Below the pieces are notes generated by a model, which saw only the letters and a program-made list of their open reading frames with translations, did no database searches and had not been told where the DNA came from. From the NCBI RefSeq assembly GCF_030028105.1, contig NC_092394.1, positions 35,694,752 through 35,758,751 of the forward strand: 64,000 nucleotides of DNA. The letters run 5' to 3'. The position numbers were made by a program, and so were the translations under genes. This stretch comes from Mobula birostris (Eukaryota). Shown here piece after piece: positions 25,663 to 37,959 of the stretch. Every line of letters begins with the position of its first letter. Within the stretch, counting starts at the first letter, position 1.

Positions 25663-26870
25663 TCGGAATCAGAATCAGGTTTATTATCACCGGCATGTGA
25701 CGTGAAATTTGTTAACTTAGCAGCAGCAGTTCAATGCAATACATAATCTAGCAGAGAGAGAGAAAAAAATAATAAATAAAATAAACATAATAATAAACAA
25801 GTAAATCAATGATGTATATTCAATAGATTTTTTTTAAATATGCAAAAACAGAAATACTGTATATTAAAAAAAGTGAGGTAGTGTCCAAAGCTTCAATGTT
25901 CATTTAGGAATCGGATGGCAGAGGGGAAGAAGCTGTTCCTGAATCACTGAGTGTGTGCCTTCAGGCTTCTGTATCTCCTACCTGATGGTAATAGTGAGAA
26001 AAGGGCATGCCCTGGGTGCTGGAGGTCCTTAATAATGGACACTGCCTTTCTGAGACACCGCTCCTTGAAGATGTCCTGGGTACTTTGTAAGCTAGTGCCC
26101 AAGATGGAGCTGACTAGATTTACAACATTCTGCAGCTTCTTTCGGTCCTGTGCAGTAGCACCTCCATACCAGACAGTGATGCAGCCTGTCAGAATGCTCT
26201 CCATGGTACAACTATGGAAGTTTTTGAGTGTATTTGTTGACATGCCAAATCTCTTCAAACTCCTAATAAAGTATAGCCACCGTCTTCCCTTCTTTATGAC
26301 TACATCAATATGTTGGGACCAGGTTAGATCCTCAGAGATCTTGACACTGAGGAACTTGAAGCTGCTCACTCTCTCCACTTCTGATCCCTCTATGAGGATT
26401 GGTATGTGTTCCTTCATTTTATCCTTCCTAAAGTCCACAATCAGCTCTTTTGTCTTACTGACGTTGAATGCCAGGTTGTTGCTACGGTACCATTCCACTA
26501 ATTGGCATATCTCATTCCTGTACGCTCTCTCGTCACCACCTGAGATTCTACCAACAATGGTTGTATCGTCAGCAAACTCGTAGATGGTATTTGAGCTATG
26601 CCTAGCCACACAGTCATGTGTATACAGAGAGTAGAGCAGTGGGCTAACCACACAGCCCTGAGGTGTGCCAGTGTTCACTGTCAGCGAGGAGGATATGTTA
26701 TCACCAATCTGCACAGACTGTGGTCTTCCGGTTAGGAAGTCGAGGACCCAATTGCAAAGGGAGGTACAGAGGCCCAGGTTTTGCAACTTCTCAATCAGGA
26801 TGGTGGGAATGATGGTATTAAATGTTGAGCTGTAGTCAATGAACAGCATCTTGACATAGGTGTTTGTGTT
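25663..26870 (-). mobile_element. Rex1-type LINE, 5'-truncated (same family as 8845-11400)
   Basis: 301-aa RT ORF 25944-26849 ([28 protein letters not shown]); (CTGATT)n tail. Confidence 0.92.
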
Positions 26871-29277
26871 ACTGGAACTGCCCTACTACTAAAGGATTAG
26901 GTGAGGGAATTTTTTTTTTTAATTGTATCCAAGAAAGTTTTCTGAAGCAATACATAGATGACCCTACCAGAAATGGGGCCAAATTCAACCTCCTCTTAGA
27001 AAATGAAACAAGTGATTGACTTATTACTTTGGTACAGTAACCACTGATGCCCTCAGTTGGTTGGGGTCGACCATGGATATTGCATCTTAACTGCCAGGGC
27101 AGTAGGATATGGAAAACTAGCTGCCCAAGCTCCTCCTCCCCACGCAACTGATGAATCCAAAGGAACAGCAGAGACCAGTACAGTTTGGCACAGTGGTGTC
27201 ACAGGAGTTGCCAGTCAGCACTGGACTCAATGTAAGACTACGTCAAGGACACCAGCTCCAGATTTTTCCTAGGGGTTTACTCCTGAGAAGTCTTCCCCAT
27301 GAGTGGGTACAGTCGCAGGGCAGCGGAGGTTTGAGATCAAAGTTTCCCTTCTGCTAGATCAGCTGCCAACCACGGCTGACAAGACCTAACGGCCCAAAGT
27401 TTCTAGTTTTGATGTGCCAGTGACTCGCCTTTGCCTCTTCTTCCATCAGTAGAAACAGCAACACTGGGCTTAGTAGCTAAGCCGCATGTGAAGTCCAGGA
27501 GCTGGACTTGGCTGTTAGAGACACATGCCATTGGAAACCTTTAATAGTGGAAGCTTATCCCCACCCCCAGCTGTGACAACCTTAAGGAACCACAATTCAA
27601 CATATTCACGGAGAAAGATAGGACTGTTTTGCAAGTTAAATTGCTAAATTAGGGGAAGGTTAATTTGATGACACCAAACAGGAACATTCTAATGTTAATT
27701 AGGAGAGACTGTTTGCAGGTAAAGAGACATCTAGCAAATGGAAGACCTAAGTTAAGTAGGAAGACTTAAGGTCCAGCATGCTTCTGTTAGAGAGGGCAAG
27801 ACTGTCAAGATTAGAGAAACTTGGTTGACAGGGATATTAAGGGTCTTGTTAAAAAAAAAAAAGGAGCCAAATAGATTCAGACTCAAAGAGTCACTCAGCC
27901 CAATTCAGCCATGCCAGCCAAATTGCCTCGCCACATCCCAACCCCCTAAACCACCCCTATCCAAGTACCCATTGAAATGTCTTTAGAATGTTGTAAATAT
28001 ATCTTTCTTCACCACCTCCTCTGGTAGCTTAGCTCACATGGCCACCACTTTGCATAGAAAAACTTGCCCTCTATATTCCCTTTAATCATTCTCTTCCTCA
28101 CTTTAAACTTATGTACATTAAATCTAAACCTAAAAGGATAGGTGTAGGTGAGAGGGAGAACGTTTAAGAGGATCTGAGAGGTAAATTATTCTCAAAAAGT
28201 GTAGGTAGTACCTGGAATGAAATGATAAAGCCAAGAACAGCAACAACATTTATGAGATGGAACACACACAAATATGCAGCATCTGACAATTTTCTTTTGT
28301 GATTGAACATTTATGAGGTAATTGAACATTAAGGTACTTGACTGAAGAATGAGGTGACATGGAATTAATGGAGGCAAGTCAGATTAGTATAAACAGGCAC
28401 AATCATCAACATAGATGTGGCAGATTGAAGGCCCTGCTTTAATACTAGGCAGCATTAAAATAACAACTCTAAGTTACTATGTAACATTTAATGAAGCGCC
28501 CCAAAGTAAAATATTTAAAAATATTTTTTTGGGACGTGGTCAATGAGCAGAACAATTCAGCTATGAAAGATCACTGCCATTAAACTTTAGCTCAGCACTT
28601 CTCTCCACAGAAGCTGCCTGAGCAGAGTACACTGGCATTTTACATTTTATTTTAGTACTAATTAAATAGCTTACTCTACCTACCTTACATGTAATTACCA
28701 TCCTCTTGTTTAACTTCAAAGCTTGTTATGTCAAAACAGGTAGATCTTTCCTATTCCTTAACATTGTGTCAAAAGCCACAATTTAGTGAAGCAAGGTAAC
28801 ACTATCTAAAGCATATGCTAGAACGTTAAAGCACGTACACTGGCATCAGATAATTCACAAAATTACCTGATTTATATATTTAACACAAGATTAAAATGTT
28901 TATAATCAGTAAAAAATTATATTTGTAGTTGGTACCTTAATGCCAATTTACAAAGGAGCATTTTGTCCCCCTTCCAAATACAATAGAATGCACACTAAAC
29001 CAGACTGTTGTAATGAAATAAAAAGCAAACCTCACATACTAGTAGAGTATGTAATCTAGATCAGAATTTCAGCTCTGTCCAATACAGGGCTATAGGATCA
29101 ATAGCCACACTTTGTTGATTTCTATTCCATTGGAATCTTCCTCCAACCTTTCAGATACTGACCAAAATGCAATGAAATTCCAGAAGACATTTGGATCGAC
29201 ACATTATAATTATTTAGCATCCACACAGCAGAACATCAAATCATAAACTTTTACAAATACAAAGGCAGTTTACTTAC

Positions 29278-29472
29278 AGTATTGTAGTGATTTGTGTAAA
29301 CAGAATTGCCCAATCCAAATACTGCATATCTCAAGCCTTTGAGGTAAGTTTTGCCATATCTAAAGTCATGCGTTGCCTCTTCCAACCACTTACAGAACCA
29401 GGCTGCGCTTTCTGTTGGTTGCCCATCAGTGTATGTGGAAACCATGAATATGCAGAGAGTTTTATTAGAAAT
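29278..29472 (-). CDS. TYW1: TYW1 coding exon 5 (flavodoxin core)
   Basis: cag|ISNKTLCIFMVSTYTDGQPTESAAWFCKWLEEATHDFRYGKTYLKGLRYAVFGLGNSVYTNHYNT|gtaagt; 195 bp, with the flavodoxin motifs STYTDG and YAVFGLGNS. Confidence 0.96.
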
Positions 29473-29999
29473 CTGAACATACAAAAAAAATTAAAACATT
29501 TTGTAAAACGTGGCATAGCCTCAGCTCCTCTATCATTCTCCTCAGATACCACTTTGTATAATGACAATTGTATATTCATTAACATATTAAGATCATTCAA
29601 CAAAATTCAGGCCTGTATATGACACCAGATTAAATAATATTGAGGTATTTCTGTAAAGCCAACAACCTAGACTTTTATTTCAAACATCTCAGAGCAGATT
29701 TTAGAAATAAATATTGCAAAATATTCAAAGTTGAAATATGGGGTGTTATACAAAACTCTGTAACATGCAAAAATACTACAAATCAAGTCAATCTGTTTCC
29801 TGCAAGTATTAAAATTTAAAATCAAGTATCAAAAGCAATGAAAGTAATCTTTTTGGAGAACTTCTGGATTGTTGTTGCTACATGCTGTATTAATATAAAT
29901 ACAGCTAAGATTCTTAGCATTCCTCAAACGCAAACTACAGAAAGGTGGGAGCTTGCCTTTAACCCTAAGAAAAAGAACTGCACCATTACAGAATATATA

Positions 30000-30310
30000 C
30001 AGTAGCAGTTAGTGTAACAGTCTACAGCACCAGCAAAGGAAAGATTAGGATTCAATTCCCACTACTGTCTGCAAGGAGTTTGGATGTTCTCCCCGTGGCC
30101 TCATGGGTTTTCTCCCACATTCTAAAAAAAACGTATGGGTTAGGATTAGTAGGTTACGGGCTTGCTGCGTTGGTGCCAAAAGCATGTGATACTTGTGGGT
30201 GACCCTCCCCACCACCCCAGCATCTCCGGACTGAGTTGGCTGTTGACGCAAACAATGTGTTTCACTATATGTTTCAGTGCTTCAATGTAAATGTGACAAA
30301 TAAAGCTAAT
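30000..30310 (+). mobile_element. tRNA-derived SINE
   Basis: GATTCAATTCCC...GTCTGCAAGGAGTTTGGATGTTCTCCCCGTG; ends TGTGACAAATAAAGCTAAT. Confidence 0.65.
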
Positions 30311-30726
30311 ATAATCTTATTTCGTAGTATCGAATAACATTTCTGTGCTGGAAACTAAATGATACAAATAGGTTTAAAGCCCTTTCAACTTTAGGATACT
30401 AGATTCAAATCTAACTCAGTGGGTTGAAAATCTTCTGTGTGCTGTATCAAAGGGTCTTGTCTGAAGAAACCCCAAACCAGTTCCTATAGCAAAAATAAGT
30501 TATCTTTAAAACAGTAATAATTAACCATTTGATTCAGACATGTACAGGATACACAGGAAAAGAAAACACTCTTTCGAGTGGAAGAGGAAATTTACTTGGG
30601 TTTGGGTCTTCCATGGTGTTAGAATTCTACTCCTATACATGACAGACTATATATCCACTTTTATGAATAATAGTTATCCCCTTTCATTGTGAGCAATATA
30701 AAAACTGATCCATTAAAATAACTAAC

Positions 30727-30828
30727 CTCATTCACCAGGTTATCGTCAGGATCATACTCCTTCAGATCAATAACTTCCGCAGGTAATCCAACTTTCTGTA
30801 TGGCATCTGCAAGAATGTTGGCAAACCC
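30727..30828 (-). CDS. TYW1: TYW1 coding exon 4
   Basis: ctag|GFANILADAIQKVGLPAEVIDLKEYDPDDNLVNE|gttagt; 102 bp, phase 0/0. Confidence 0.95.
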
Positions 30829-31254
30829 CTAGAGTGAAGGAATTTAAAAACGAAATAGGTATTCAAAATGCTGCCTGTCCTATATTAGCACCATACGGTT
30901 TGATCACAGCAGCTTCAGCTCAGATCCAACTCCATGCAGTGTCCAAGTTTTTACCTTTCACTTTACAAATCACCTATGTGTCTGTGATTCAATTCAAATC
31001 AGAAACCCAAACCAAACTATGGACAAATCCACATGTAAAGTTTCAATTCTATGATATTGCATACACAGTCCTAGTAGGAAAGAACGTAAGGGAATAACAA
31101 AGAGCATCATGGATCTGAACTAAGGCGGCATACTTAGAGAAAAAGTTTCAGAATTTTTTTTGAAACTGGGAACATATGTAGTGGAGCAAAGAAAAGAAGA
31201 TAAATAGAATGGGAAAACCTAGAAAACAGTACACACAGTGCAGTCCATCATGGT

Positions 31255-31595
31255 AAAGCTCTCCCCACCACTGAGTACATTTACCATCCGTTTGTTTATT
31301 GCAGCCATATCAGAAGACAGAGATGATATGGTATTACCATCGTCAGGCTCAACCAAGATATACAATTGTGTGCCATCTGCGTAACTGTGGAAATCAAGTT
31401 TATGCTCTCTAATGATGTCTCCTAAAGGGAGCATGTGTGAGGAAAAGAGTAGGGGACCAAGGCAGCTTCCCTGAGCAACACCAAATGGTACATCGTAGCT
31501 CTTAGAAAAATGGTCTCCAAGACAAAAGCAAATCTCTCCAAGTGAAACCAATTAAGGACACGATCAGAGAGCCAACCCAGTTCTCAAAGCCATCT
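31255..31595 (-). mobile_element. L2 RT fragment
   Basis: FGVAQGSCLGPLLFS...FHSYADGTQLY. Confidence 0.8.
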
Positions 31596-31604
31596 TGGAG
31601 ATTA

Positions 31605-34600
31605 TAAGAAATACAGTCAGGGAGAGCAAGGAGGTGATAGAAATGAGTTATAGGCAGGTGGTCACACCGGGGCCACGGGAGACAGACAAGTGGGTCACAG
31701 TCAGGAGGGGGAAGGGGAAGAGTCAGCTACTAGAGAGTACCCCTGTGGCTCTACCCCTTGACAATAAGTACTCCTGTTTGAGTACTGCTTAGGGGGGGAC
31801 AGCCTACCTGGGGGAAGCAACAGTGGTCATGCTTCTGGCACAGCTTCTGGCCTTGTGGCTCAGAAGGGTAGGGAAAGGAAAAGGAAGGCAGTAGTGATAG
31901 GGGACTCTATAGTTAGGGGGTCAGACAGGCGATTCTGTGGATGCAGGAAAGAAACTCGGATGGTAGTTTGCCTCCCAGGTGCTAGGGTCCGGGATGTTTC
32001 AGATTGCATCCAAGATACCCTGCAGTGGGAGGGAGAACACCCATAGGTCATGGTACATACTGGTACCAATGACATAGGTAGGAAAAGGGAAGAAGTCCTG
32101 AAAAAAGGCTACAAGGAGTTAGGAAGAAAGTTGAGAAGCAGGACCGCAAAGCTAGTAATCTCCGGATTACTGCCTGTGCCACACAACAGTGAGTATAAGA
32201 ATAGAATGAGGAGGAGGATAAATGCGTGGCTGAGGGATTAGAGCAGGGGGCAGGGATTCAGATTTCTGGATCATTGGGATCTCTTTTGGGGCAAGTGTGA
32301 CATGTAAAAAAAGGATGGGTTGCACTTGGATCCCAGAGAGACCAATATCCTGGCGGGTAAGTTTGCTAAGGCTACTGCGGAGAGTTTAAACTAGAATTGT
32401 TGGGGGGGTGGGGGGGAACCGAACTGCAGAGACTGGGGAAGAGGCAGTTGACTCACAAATAGAGAAAGCTTGTAGACAGTGCGAGAGGGAGGATAGCCAG
32501 GTGATAGAGAAGGGATGCACTCAGACCAACAGTTTGAGATGTGTATTTTAACGCATGGAATATTGTGAACAAAGCGGATGACCTTAGAGCGTGGATCAGT
32601 ATTTGGAGCTATGATGTTGTGGCCATTACAGAGACTTGGATGGCTCAGGGACAGGAATGGTTACTTCAAGTGCCGGGTTTTAGATGTTTCAGAAAGGACA
32701 CGGAGGGAGGCAAAAGAGGTGAGAGCGTGGCACTGTTGATCAGAGATAGTGTCATGGCTGTAGAAAAGGTGGACGCCATGGAGGGAGTGTCTACAGAGTC
32801 TCTGTGGGTGGAGGTTAGGAACAGGAAGGGGTCAATAACTTTACTGGGTGTTTTTTATAGGCCATCCAATAGTAACAGGGATATCGAGGAGCAAAAGGAA
32901 AACAGATCCTGGAAAGGTGGAATAATAAAAGAGTTGTCGTGATGGGAGATTTTAATTGCCCAAATATCGATTGGCATCTCCATAGAGCAAGTGATTTAGA
33001 TGGGCTGGAGTTTGTTAGGTGTGTTCAGGAAGGTTTCTTGACACAAAATGTAGATAAGCCTACAAGAGGAGAGGATGTACTTGATTTGGTATTGGGAAAT
33101 GAACCTGGTCGGGTGTCAGATCTCTCAGTGGGAGAGCATTTTGGAGATTGTGATCATAATTCTATCTCCTTCACAATAGCATTGGAGAGAGATAGGAACA
33201 GACAAGTTACAAAAGCGTTTAATTGGAGTAAGGGGAATTATGAGGCTACCAAGCAGGAAATTGGAAGCTTAAATTGGGAACAGATGTTCTCAGGGAAAAG
33301 TATGGAAGAAATGTGGCAAATGCTCAGGGGATATTTGTGTGGAGTTCTGCATAGGTACTTTCCAATGAGACAGGGAAGTTATGGTAGAGTACAGGAAACA
33401 TGGTGTACAAAGGCTGTAATAAATCTCGTCAAGAAGAAAAGAAATGCTTACAAAAGGTTCAAAAAACTAGGTAATGATAGTGATCTAGAAAATTATAAGG
33501 CTAGCAAGAAGGAGCTTAAGGATGAAATTAGGAGAGCCAGAAGGGGCCATGAGAAGGCCTTGGTGGGCAGGAATAAGGAAAACCCCAAGGCATTCTACAA
33601 GTATGTGAAGAGCAAGAAGACAAGACGTGAAACAATAGGAGCTATCAAGTGTGACAGTGGGAAAGTGTGTATGGAACCGAAGGAAATAGAAGAGGTACTT
33701 AATGAATACTTTACCAGTATTCAATATGGAAAAGGATTTTGGTGATTGTAGTGATGACTTGAAGCAGACTGAAAAGCTTGAGCATGTAGATATTAAGAAA
33801 GAGGATGTGCTGGAGCTTTTGAAAAGCATCAAGTTGGGTAAGTTGCCGGGACCAGATGAGATGTACCCCAGGCTACTGTGGGAGGCGAGGGAGGAGATTG
33901 CTGAGCCTCTAGTGATGATCTTTGAATCATCAATGGGGACAGGAGAGGTTCCAGAGGATTGCAGATGTCGTTGCTTTATTCAAGAAAGGGAGTAGAGATA
34001 GCCCAGGAAATTATAGACCAGTGAGTTTTAACTCAGTGGTTGGCAAATTGATGAAGAATAACCTAAGAGGCAGGATTTATGAACATTTGGAGAGGTATAA
34101 TATGATTAGGACTAGTCAGCATGGCTTTGTCAAAGGCAGGTCGTGCCTTACGAGCCTGATTGAATTTTTGGAGGATCTGACTAAACACATTGATGAAGGA
34201 AGAGCAGTAGATGTAGTGTATATGGATTTCAGCAAGGCACTTGATGAGGTACCCCATACAAGGCTTATTGAGAAAGTAAAGAGGCATGGGATCCAAGGGG
34301 ATATTGCTTTGTGGATCCAGAACTGGCTTGCCCACAGAAGGCAAAGAGTGGTTGTAGCCGGGTCATATTCTGCACGGAGATCAGTGACCAGTGGTGTGCC
34401 TCAGGGATCTGTTCTGGGACCTTTACTCTTCGTGATTTTTATAAATGACCTGGATGAGGAAGATGAGGGATTGGTTAGTAAGTTTGCTGATGATACAAAG
34501 GTTGGAGGTGTTGTGGATAGTGTGGAGGGCTGTCAGAGGTAACAGCAGGACATTGATAGGATGCAAAACTGGGCTGAGAAGTGGCAGAAGGAGCTCAACC

Positions 34601-35392
34601 TGGATAAGTGTGAAGTGGTTCATTTTGGTAGGTCAAATATGACGGCAGAATATAATATTAATGGTAAGACTCTTGGCACTGTGGAGGATCAGAGGGATCT
34701 TGGGGTCCGAATCCATAGGATGCTCAAAGCAGCTGCGCAAGTTGACTCTGTGGTTAAGGTGGCAAATGGTGTATTGGTCTTCATCAATTGTGGAATTCAA
34801 TTTAGGAAACGAGAGGTAATGTTGCAGCTATATAGGACCTTGGTCAGACCCCACTTGGAGGACAGTGCTCAGTTCTGGTCGCCTCACTACAGGAAGGATG
34901 TGGAAGCCATAAAAAGGGTGCAGAGGAGATTTACAAGCATGTTGCCTGGATTGGGGAGCATGCCTCATGAAAACAGGTTGAGTGAACTTGGCCTTTTCTC
35001 CTTAGAGTGACAGAGGATGCCAGGTGACCTGTTAGAGGTGTATAAGATGATGAGAGGCATTGATCATGTGGATAGTCAGAGGCTTTTTCCCAGGGCTGAA
35101 ATGGTTGCCACAAGAGGACACAGGTTTAAGGTGCTGTGGATTAGGTACAGAGGAGATATCAGGGGTAAGTTTTTTACTCAGATAGTGGTGAGTGCATGGA
35201 ATGGGCTGCCGGTAGTGGTGATGGAGGCGAATATGATAGGGTCTTTTAAGAGACTTTTGGATAGGTACATGGAGCTTAAAAATATAGAGGGCTATGGGTA
35301 AGCCAAGTAATTTCTAAGGTAGGGACATGTTCGGCATAACTTTATGGCCGAAGGGCCTGTATTGTGTTGTAGGTTTTCTATGTTTCTATGTT
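31605..35392 (+). mobile_element. Near full-length CR1 LINE (ORF1 SGNH-esterase remnant + ORF2 APE-RT), inactivated
   Basis: ORF1 motifs VIGDSIVRG, VHTGTNDIG and DGLHL; ORF2 motifs [42 protein letters not shown] and KFADD; multiple frameshifts and stops; (TTTCTATG)n tail. Confidence 0.95.
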
Positions 35393-36511
35393 TACGTGAT
35401 CAATCAGCATTTCAAATTTAGCTTTGAGCTCCAACCATCATATTCTCAAATATTTCTTCTTTGTTATCTGTCAATCTGAGATTTAAAATAAAACTCTTTT
35501 AGCCCAGTTTACCTTCTGGACATTTCCTAAACCACAACAGCAAGATATGGTGGTACTATCATGCAAATTAATGATACGATGGATTAAGATGATCCCTAAA
35601 ATGTCATAATAAAACACTATGACAACCCAAGATATTCTTTAGCAAATAGTTCTGTAAATCAATGTCTTAAAGTCAGATTGAAATGTTTCTAGTTATAAGA
35701 AGACCCACATGTATTTCAATTCCTTGATATTGCATAAACAGACTAGTTTATGGTCGGTCAATAATGGTATCCCAAAACAAAGGAGCAGACTGTGACATGT
35801 ATCTGATGACCATCACTGCTGAACAATCTCAACTCAGTATCATTCACTGCCATTTGCATAAAACTGTCAAGCAGACTAGAAACTATATAATAAATTTCAA
35901 TATTTTTAAAAATGTTGCATAATAGCATTCAGATAGAATGGTAATTCTTGTTTCAATGTTATGACATACTGCTAGGAAAGGCAACACGATTGTCTACAAC
36001 TTTGCACAATATATCAAATTAGATAATTTAAAGCAGAATCCTTTATTTAATATTCTTTCACAAGAGCGCTTATGTCCATCCAAACTGTCCTTGCACTGGG
36101 TGGATTTTCAGTTCTTTTTAGATGCCAGTTAAAAGACTCAAATCAAATACTTTGGGTCTGAAGTCACAAAGGCCAGAACAGCCTATTTTATCAAAGAGCA
36201 CAGGTTACTCAGAGGCATTTCTCCATCATTCCAGTAGATTCATGGTCACTATTATTTATCCCGGATTTTCACAATAACTGTAGTTAAACTCCAATGTCCA
36301 TGCTAGAATTTGAATTCATAACTCCAGTTTATTTGAAGGTAAGATTTTAAGTGAATTAACAACCACAACGTGTCCATGTAACACACATAAGCTAATTTTG
36401 TAAGTTGTGGACATTTTAAAATAACATTATGAAACTTTAAAACACACATCAAACTAAGACAAACTCTAAAATAAGAAAACATGCACTAATTTGTTTAAGA
36501 GATAAAAATAT

Positions 36512-37408
36512 AACCACCTCCACTTTCTGCTTTCCGCAGGGATCGCTCCCTACGCGACTCCATTGTCCATTCATCCCTCCTCACCGATCTCCCTCCTGGC
36601 ACTTATCCTTGCAAGCAGAACAAGTGTACACCTGCTCCTACACCTCCCCCCTCACAACCATTCAGGGCCCCAAACAATCCTTCCTAGTGAGATGACACTT
36701 CACCCGTGAGTCTGCTGGAGGTCATCTACTAAATCCGGTATGGCCTCCTGTACCTCAGTGAGACCCAACTTAGATTGAGAGACCACTTCGCCGAGCACCT
36801 ACACTCCGGCTGCCAAAAAAAGCAGGATTTCCCAGTGACTACCCATTTTAATTCTACTTCCCATTCCTATTTTGACATGTTAGCCCTCTACTGCCGCAAT
36901 GAGGCAACGCTCAGGTTGGAGGAGCAGCACCTTATATTCCGCCTGGGCAACCTCCAATCTGATGGCATGAACATCGATTTCTCGAACTTCCAGTAATGGA
37001 CACCACCGCCCCTTCACCATTCCCTATTTCCTCTCTCACCTCACCTCCTAACCTGCCCATCACCTCTCCTGGTGCTCCTCCTCCTTCCCTTCCTTCCATG
37101 GCCTTCTGTCCTCTCCTATCAGATTCCTCCTTCTCCAGCCCTTTATCTCTTTCACCAATCCACTTCCCAGCCCTCTACTTCGCCCCTCCCCCTCTCCTGG
37201 TTTCACCTAGTTGGTATTTCTTCCTCCCCTCCTTCCCACCTTTTTACTCTGACTTCTCATCTTTTTTCTCCAGTCCTGATGAAGGGTCTCAGCCTGAAAA
37301 GTCAACTATTTACTCTTTTCCATAGACGCTGCCTGGCCTGCTGAGTTCCTCCGGCATTCTGTGTGTGTTGCTTGGATTTCCAGCATCTGCAGATTTTCTT
37401 TTGTTTGT
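36512..37408 (+). mobile_element. Penelope-like element 3' part (GIY-YIG remnant + pseudo-LTR)
   Basis: RDHFAEHLHS...FPVTTHFNSTSHS...LRLEEQHLIFRLGNLQSDGMNIDFSNFQ; hammerhead-like motif at 37272-37307. Confidence 0.88.
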
Positions 37409-37501
37409 GAACCTTCCTAATTCCTGCAACTTGCACCAACTTCTACATCAATCTTTTCCCTATTTAATCCAACACAAAATGCACCCAGATCAAGCACATA
37501 C

Positions 37502-37639
37502 CTCTGCAGTACCAGTCTGAGAACCAAAGAAAATCTTCACACCAGCAACAAGGATTTCTTTTTCTTCGTGGACTAAATGTCCATTTTGAATCAATTCTTT
37601 AGGTACATTTGCAGTTAAGACTTCTTTTACTACTTCTTT
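37502..37639 (-). CDS. TYW1: TYW1 coding exon 3 (start of flavodoxin domain)
   Basis: KEVVKEVLTANVPKELIQNGHLVHEEKEILVAGVKIFFGSQTGTAE, containing the flavodoxin FMN loop GSQTGTA. Donor GAG|gtatgt. 138 bp; tandem GAG-CAG-CAG acceptors allow 141 or 144 bp. Confidence 0.93.
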
Positions 37640-37959
37640 CTGCTGCTCAAAAAAAGTGTCAAAAAATAAGCTAGTTGCATATAAACACCACAACTCTACA
37701 CAATATAAAGCAGTCCACTTCTCAGGAAAAATTTGCAGGTAATTAATATAGACAGGATCTTTTGTTTTTAAAACAGATAAAAGTAACAATTAAAGAGTTG
37801 ACACCATATTGTTTCTAATTGTTTAACATGCATTTTTTAAAGTGGCTTGACTTTAAGACAAATATATATGTGCTAAAGATTTATTAGTTTAACAATTAAA
37901 AAGCTTAAAAGTTGCAATTCTATTTTCATCCTTCAAGCAACAAATATGGTTTTCATATA

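Noticed and set aside
25951-26583. 210-aa plus-strand ORF
   Set aside because: Antisense shadow of the Rex1 RT frame; the same shadow appears at 9092-9604.
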